A program made the translations under genes and the position numbers. From Octopus vulgaris (lineage: Eukaryota): a DNA stretch of 64,000 nucleotides. The stretch is from assembly GCA_951406725.2 (NCBI GenBank), contig OX597817.1, positions 141,360,001 through 141,424,000 of the forward strand, in the 5' to 3' direction. Each line of letters opens with the position of its first letter. Within the stretch, counting starts at the first letter, position 1. The notes beneath the pieces were generated by a model, which was given only the letters and a program-made list of their open reading frames with translations, was not told where the DNA came from and did no database searches. Shown one piece after another: positions 55,869-64,000 of this stretch.

Positions 55869-56698
55869 ATATATTTGTGTATGCATTCACTGGTTGCCTT
55901 AAAAGTGGGGCCAGTGATAAAGTTATTCATGGTCCCATGCTAGGAGTTTAAATCAAGAAAAACAATTTACCGTTAAAATTCGCTTCAAATGTGAATCAAG
56001 AAATTCAATTTGTGTCATTGAATATAAGGGATGTAATGAAGAGTAGATATAACAAATGAAATTAATTCTGTGAAATGGAATGCCTGTTCCTCGTCAACAA
56101 ATATGAATTTGCACTATCAGAAAAATACCTGTAATTTAGCACTTTAAAAAAATATCAAAAAAGTTTTTAAAATTTCAAAAAATTTAAACAAGAACCAAGA
56201 GTCAAGTCTCCTCATTAGCGCTATGCTCTTATCAAATAGCGATAAATAGTAAAAATACATTTACTGAAGAAATGCAAAAAAATGTGTGAACAGATTATGA
56301 GAACTTATAGAAAAAGTTACTTTAACTTACAACGTCATGATATTTAGTTGCTCATATAAATTTTTGTATTGTCACTTCTCAAAACTATTCCTTCGAAATT
56401 GTGCGCTCAGCAACGATTAAAGACACAAAATATTCCGAATCAAAATGTCACGTGTTTAGAACACGATTATGCTTTCTCAAACAACAATTAAATGCACCGA
56501 AGTCCAAATCCCTATCACATGGTGTTTCTTATTCCTTCCATAACAATTGACTTACAATCAACAATATTAGATTTTGAAAATCAAGTAATGAAGAAGTTAA
56601 TAGTCACAAAATGTTTAAAATCAATTACAATTTCAGCTTCGTGATCTTTAAATTTATACAAGTATGGCGGAATATAATTTTGTTCTTTCTCTCAACGT

Positions 56699-56766
<68 letters not shown>

Positions 56767-56948
56767 GCATGTATATATATATATTGATAGGATGTCTTAT
56801 AAGGATTCGTGGCTGCTGCATAAAAGCACGCGTAATTACATCGTTGACTGACAATCGTTTACTGGGACCGCCTGAGCTGCTAGATCATGTGATTTCACCC
56901 TACTATGCTTTCTTCAGTGACTCATATCCGGCGGCGCGATAATGGCCG

Positions 56949-57417
56949 AATCTCCCGTCATCAGTATACAGAACCTCATCTATCAACGATACCATTACGA
57001 ATGATTTTATGCAACACGAGTCATTATTAGAGATACTCTCGAGGTAAATAATGCACAATGTTCTGTGTTGTAACACAACCTCCACGTTAAGTTGAAGATT
57101 AATTATATTATATTATATATATATGTAGTTTTGCATGCATGTATGTAAGTGTGTATGCTTATATGCTTATATATATATATATATAAGCATATAAGCATAC
57201 ACACTTACATACATGCAAAACTACATATATATATAATATAATATAATATAATATAATATAATATAATTAATCTTCAACTTAACGTGGAGGTTGTGTTACA
57301 ACACAGAACATTGTGCATTATTTACCTCGAGAGTATCTCTAATAATGACTCGTGTTGCATAAAATCATTCGTAATGGTATCGTTGATAGATGAGGTTCTG
57401 TATACTGTTAACGGGAG

Positions 57418-57420
<3 letters not shown>
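56949..57420. repeat. ~470-bp near-perfect palindrome centred on (TA)n at about 57177
   Basis: Arms are reverse complements; the ORF track shows the same peptide start on both strands (56903..57085 - and 57284..57622 +). Confidence 0.95.
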
Positions 57421-57499
<79 letters not shown>

Positions 57500-57559
57500 A
57501 TGTGTGTGTGTGTGTGTGGTGTGTGTATGCATATAATTAATATTCTGCCTTTGTACATA

Positions 57560-58550
57560 CAGAGTAGGGCCACTCCTCCAGTGAGATTGTTTCCTGACGG
57601 GAAAACCAATGCAAGTAACTGAAATACTGAATGAACAATTCAAACGTGTTTTCATCACACATTTAAGGTACCCTTACGGCACCTGAATGTCAGCAAAGCT
57701 CCAGAATTCTTTACCGCTACAGAAGTAAAAAGGGAGGCTGTAATATTTGGTTACATCAATCTCAAAGAAGAGAATGTAATAGTGGATATAGATGCAAATT
57801 CAATTACTGGTGCCAATGGATTCACAGGAATCTTTCTCAAATCATGGGAACATCCCTTGGAAAACAACTGTGGCTTGCTTTTCAGAGCTTTCTTGCAAGT
57901 AGTACGCTCCCAGGCCATCCGAAGGAGCGAATAATATGCACTATTCGTGAAGGAGGAAACAGAGCAGATGCTAAGAATTATAAACCTATCTCCCTGATAT
58001 CATATATCAGCAAACTCATGGAACGAATAGTCTGGTGGACTATAATTGCTTTCCTTGAAGATAACAACTTCCTGACTGACATCCAGCATGGCTTTCGACC
58101 ACATCGAAGCTTCCTGACACAGCTCTTGCAAGCAGCACAACTGGGTGTTAAAGCAGCTGCTGAACAATTAAAATATGGACATGATATACCTGGACTTTAC
58201 AAAAGCCTTTGATAAAATCGACCATGGTAGATATATCACAAGCTGCGTAATCTTGGCAAAACGTGGGGAGTGGCTACATGACTTTCTAAAAGATAGAAGT
58301 TCGGTAGTGGTGGTCAACGGGCTACCTTCAAGGAAACACAAATATTGAGTGATGTCCCACAGGGCACTTTCGTAGGGCCACCTCTATACATACTAATTTC
58401 TGAGACATGCCTTCAACAGCTCAGGTAATAACTCTTGCTAGGCATGCAGATGATACATACGTCTCTCAGAAGATACAGAACCCTAGAAATATTGTGCACC
58501 TGCAACATTACTTGGACACAAAATATAGGTGGACTAAGGGCAATAACATA
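57560..58550 (+). mobile_element. CR1-like LINE reverse transcriptase fragment, pseudogenised
   Basis: NYKPISLIS.ISKLMERIV, QHGFRPHRS.LTQLL, DMIYLDFTKAFDKIDHG, DVPQGT.VGP and ADDT across frameshifts. Confidence 0.85.
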
Positions 58551-58724
58551 GAGTTCAGAGTTCAAATTTCTCTGAGGTCAACTTTGCCTTTGACATTTTC
58601 AGGGACGATAAAATAAGGGACAGCGGAACACTGGAGTTGATTAGCTGTTAACCTAGTAACATTTACATTGATATTTCGATATTCTCGCATATATCTATTC
58701 ATTCAAGTATTTATTTCTACGCAT

Positions 58725-58768
<44 letters not shown>

Positions 58769-58783
58769 ACACACAGACACACA

Positions 58784-58821
<38 letters not shown>

Positions 58822-58827
58822 TGTATA

Positions 58828-58997
58828 TAGTTGAAATTTATAGAAAAACAAAAGGCGATGACAGATGTATGAACAAGAAGCAGGTGTATTAGTTTGACGC
58901 TCGGAAAAAAACGAAAAAGTCTTTTATGTTTCGATCCTACGCTTTTCACCCGAAAGGAATACGAGGAAATAAACAGAGAGAGAATGAAAAAAAGGTG
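58828..58997 (-). mobile_element. Mini-element family H1, decayed
   Basis: Co-linear with 8908-9060 (TAGTTGAAATTT..CAGGTGTATTAGTTT.ACGCTC). Confidence 0.6.
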
Positions 58998-59104
58998 TAG
59001 TTTTCAGTGGTCCAGCAGAGTGGTCCAGACTGAAAAGAAGTGGTTGAAAAAAAAGGGAGATAATAAAGTGATAGTGATTCCAACAAGTGAAGGTGCTTTC
59101 TGTT

Positions 59105-59164
<60 letters not shown>

Positions 59165-59242
59165 CAAAGTAACAAGGATGTCCAGGTATTAAATGAAATG
59201 ATACCTGGATATCCTTGTTACATATTTGCTTTGTATTCACTT

Positions 59243-59308
<66 letters not shown>

Positions 59309-59405
59309 GGAGTAAACACATAAATGTGAAACAAGGTGGAAAAAAAGAGTACTCAAATACCAGTGGTAGAGTAATATGCTTTATTTTAAGCAGCAGAAAA
59401 TTCAA

Positions 59406-59455
59406 CAAAATCTGTTACTCTGAGTTTCTCGTTGCCGTTCATCAGACAGTTTTTG
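59406..59455 (-). ncRNA. Type I hammerhead ribozyme motif in a ~150-bp PLE-terminus-like element (59306-59457)
   Basis: Minus strand reads CAAAAACTGT-CTGATGA-ACGGCAACGA-GAAA-CTCAGAG-TA-ACAGATTTTG: intact core, 9/10-bp stem I, stem III ACT/AGT and GUA site; stem II is only 2 bp with a GCAA loop. Confidence 0.7.
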
Positions 59456-59505
59456 CTATATATATGTATATATGTGTGTGTGTGTGTATACACAAACACA
59501 CACAT

Positions 59506-59615
<110 letters not shown>

Positions 59616-59617
59616 AC

Positions 59618-59670
<53 letters not shown>

Positions 59671-59689
59671 TAAAAGCTTAGCCGAGATG

Positions 59690-60230
<541 letters not shown>

Positions 60231-60264
60231 GATAGATAGATAGACAGACAGATAGATAGATAGG

Positions 60265-60332
<68 letters not shown>

Positions 60333-60737
60333 GGGAGAGAGAGAGAGATGCCATAACAGGAATATTACTTTTAAATATTTCTTCATGCAATATATTAAAT
60401 AATTTCTCTATAATAATTGTATAGTTTTGAATACAACATTACGTAAAATATCATTAACATATGTATACACATACACACTCACATATGCATATATATATAT
60501 GTGTGTGTATATATAAATATAAATATTAATACATATATATATTTACACGAGTATATATATATATATTAATGCATATATACATATTCACACGAACACACAC
60601 ACACACTAATATATACATACATTCATACATTCATATTTCTATATAAATTTACCTATATGTATGCCATACCAAATATATTTGTTTATATGTATGTTCATAT
60701 AAGTGTGTGTAAATAGAGATATATATCTAAAAAGCAT

Positions 60738-60790
<53 letters not shown>

Positions 60791-61388
60791 TATATAATAA
60801 TCTGTATATATCTACATATCGCGCATAATAGATTGGAAAATTTCTATTGCAATAGTACATGTGACTATGTAACTAAACGTTAAACGAATCAGAAAAACAA
60901 AATCACTTCAACTCCATCTTAGATGAATAGAAAATAAATGAAGGCAGAAATTTCTGAACTGTCCTAAAATTCACTTTGTGCAACACAATGGCTTTAATGA
61001 GAATGAATTTATGTCAATGGTACAAGCTATATGCATTAACTACTTCCTATTGGAAAGACCATAGTTCAAAATATATCAACGTAAAAGTAATTTATTATAG
61101 TCATAATGCCAAGTATCAAAGTCATAGATCGAGTAAATATAGGACTCTCCAATAGAATGCTGTATATGAAATTATTTTATTCTTATAAATATTAGAGGAC
61201 AACAAAAATAATAACAATATCATTAATGTAGGTCTGAAGAAAATATCATAAGCCACCTAAATATATGGCTATAGAAGAGTCATTTTCAAGTTAAGAAATC
61301 TGAACTGATCGGAGATGTAGAATATAATCACGTTTCTTTCGGTTGCAAAAACGAGATGCAACAATTTAAATGCAGTTTTTATACATGA

Positions 61389-61710
61389 ATACGAAGTCAT
61401 ACCCTGAACTATTTATTATACAGAATATACGATAAGTTATACCCTGAACTAGTTCTCATACCGCATATACGATAAGTTGTATCCTGAACTATTTCTCATA
61501 CAAAGTATACAAGTTATACCCGGAACTATTTCTCATACAAAATATATACAAGTTATACCCTGAACTATTTCTCATACCGCATATACGATAAGTTGTATCC
61601 TGAACTATTTCTCATACAAAATATACAAGTTATACTCTGAACTAGTTCTCATACCGCATATACGATAAGTTATACCCTGAACTATTTCTCATGCAGAATA
61701 TACGATGTTA
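61389..61710. repeat. Minisatellite, about 8 copies of a 37-40-bp unit
   Basis: Unit ATAC(GAT)AAGTTATACCCTGAACTATTTCTCATAC(CGCAT/AAAAT). Confidence 0.95.
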
Positions 61711-62557
61711 TTCAGTAACTTACAGTGAAACATACAAATATATGCTCCGTAAAAAAAAAACTAATGAGAATATAAGTTTTAACGTATATAGTGGAATGTG
61801 TTGTTATAATTCTTTATTAAGCTTACGACTGTTATGGTCAGATTTGGTCTTAACAAGCGGAGAGGATCATGGTGATACATTCATTAACAATATATTTGAA
61901 TACATAACGTTTTAAAAACATGATATAGGACTGAGTCTTATGTCTTCGCTGTAGGCTGACAAACGTAAGTGTTTCGGCTTTATTAAGGCCTCCTAGGCGA
62001 AGTGTTTGTGTTTTCGCTGCCAGTTTTAGTAAATGAAGATGATTTGCGAGTCACAAAATAATTAAATGAATATGCAATGAGTGGTGTGATAAGTTTTAAA
62101 ATAAATACACGGACATAATATCTAGAAACACACACCACATGGCAACAAAATGCAATGAACTCGGCTCACTAACATTAGTATGCTAACCGCTATATCACCA
62201 TTTCCTGTTCAACAGCAGTTATTCAATAAAGCAAAATTGATCCAACAGAACTCACGTTCAAATTCGTTGCATCATTTAGAAGCATTCTGATTGCTTTACC
62301 ATGTTTCCACTGGATTCGATATTGTTCGGCATAGTATAGTTAGACAGACACTACTATGCAATAAATTATTGTATGATAACCAGTCACTGATCTGTACAAC
62401 AGAATGTACAACAGCAAAGCAGGCTTGTATAGTTCCACTCTGTTCATATAGATATAAACGTTAGCAATTTCAGAGGGTGAATGTTGTAAGTGCTTAAACG
62501 GTATTTCATTTCGTTATTCACAAAAAGGAAGGAACATAAAAGTGACTTCGGCGGTAT

Positions 62558-62785
62558 CTTATTTCTTTATTGACCACAAGGGGTCAAACATAGGGGAGAC
62601 AAACAAGGACAGACAAAGGGATTAAGTCGATTACATCGACCACAGTGCGTAACTGGTACTTAATTTATTGACACCGAGAGGATGAAAGGCAAAGTCGACT
62701 TCGGCGGAATTTGAACTCAGAACATAAAGACAGACGAAATACCGCTAAGCATTTCGCCCCGCATGCTAAAGTTTCTGCCAGCTCA
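62558..62785 (-). mobile_element. SINE family A: head plus a single module
   Basis: Reverse complement of the family A sequence, abutting a decayed family A-like remnant at about 62520-62557. Confidence 0.8.
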
Positions 62786-63566
62786 GAGCGTAAAGCGCTA
62801 GAAGGAATGGTGTTAAGCACCCTGTCTGACATGCTGATGCTTCTAGCAGCCCTCTGGCCTTTCCCACAAACAGTTATTACAACACAAATATCTTTCAATG
62901 AAAACCTAGAATCATTGTTATCTTTCTACGTGTTTTCGGGACAATATGTCTGTCATGTATATTACCATATTTTATGACCGCCTTACAAGAACATAAACTT
63001 ACAATTTTCAACATATACCACGTATAGGTACTCTATTACATCTCTCCATGAAAGAAATCAACATTCTCATCTGTTTTCTTTTCTGTTGATCATCCATATA
63101 TTTTTCACACATCACTTGATGTAGCTCTTACTTTTTTCTTCCCCATTCGTTTTGAGATTATGTATTGTTGCTCTTGACAGCCTATTGTATTTTCTGTCAG
63201 TGGTAATATCCAATTTCTTGAATTAAGTGGAGATTCTCCTTTTCAAATCGAATATATCGAAGTTCTGTGTGTCTAATGACATTTACCGGCTTTCAGAAAA
63301 TATCCTATCAATTCCACAAACGACCTATCACGGCAGTAAAGCCACAGATATGATAATCTTCGTATTTTTGTTTCTCACGAAGCTAAAATCCCTTTTACGA
63401 GTGGATAGATTAAATGAATGCGATTATTTTTAAATATTTGTATTCACTGCTCGCCTGAAAAAAACATCAGGTGATCTATATTCTGATCATATGACAATGG
63501 ATACCAAATAAAATCCACAAATTTCATATCAGGACACAAGTGACGGAATATATTTTTGCATATATG

Positions 63567-63609
<43 letters not shown>

Positions 63610-63681
63610 ATGTGTGTGTTTGTGTTGTGTTTGTGTGTTAGGAATTTTTCTTTTCCAACAGTCTAATCTGTTGCGTGTTTA

Positions 63682-63741
<60 letters not shown>

Positions 63742-64000
63742 TTAATAATGACATTGATAATAACAATAAATATGGTTGTGGAATAAACAGTTGGATAGCT
63801 TCATGCATTACAAACGTAGATAAAAAAAGACAGAATAATCAATAAAATGTATTAATCAATGTATCCAATATACTTTGTCTCACATCGAATTAGAAAGAAA
63901 TTTCGATTAATATAATCATCATTATACACTACTGTAACTACAATTGCTAATTATATGATAAGTCAGTAGTTGAAGGGAATGGAATAGCTACTACATGTTT

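Noticed and set aside
54086-58616. Functional GIY-YIG nuclease or reverse transcriptase genes
   Set aside because: Both are broken by stops, frameshifts and microsatellites and belong to decayed retroelements.
61389-61710. CRISPR-like periodicity
   Set aside because: Units are contiguous with no unique spacers, there are no cas genes, and the context is eukaryotic.
63227-63510. Possible APE endonuclease remnant (NECDYF...GDLYSDH); similar RTE-like decay at about 32200-32450 and 46445-46690
   Set aside because: Similarity is too weak to call by eye; needs a profile search.

Overview
AT-rich, microsatellite-saturated animal genomic DNA. The SINE, LINE and microsatellite landscape suggests a cephalopod, probably Octopus; this is inferred, not proven. 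I find no intact host protein-coding gene: almost all ORFs in the track are translated microsatellites, and the rest are decayed transposon fragments. The window holds at least three tRNA-derived SINE groups, decayed LINEs (R4/Dong, CR1-like, L1/Tx1-like, RTE), Penelope-like elements (PLEs; GIY-YIG), a complete non-autonomous Helitron, mariner remnants and MITEs, and a ~38-bp minisatellite. Three patterns stand out. (1) A fixed ~184-bp SINE module (GTATTTC...GAAATAG) is repeatedly stacked at one exact site inside older copies of its own family. (2) More than ten short elements, mostly at (TA)n/(CATA)n tracts, carry minimal hammerhead-ribozyme-like motifs; one at 59406-59455 is nearly canonical. 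(3) Foldback/inverted-repeat DNAs recur at those microsatellites, including a ~470-bp spacerless palindrome. A few strong minus-strand splice signals hint that the window lies within a long minus-strand transcript. All coordinates and family calls were made by eye, without database searches.
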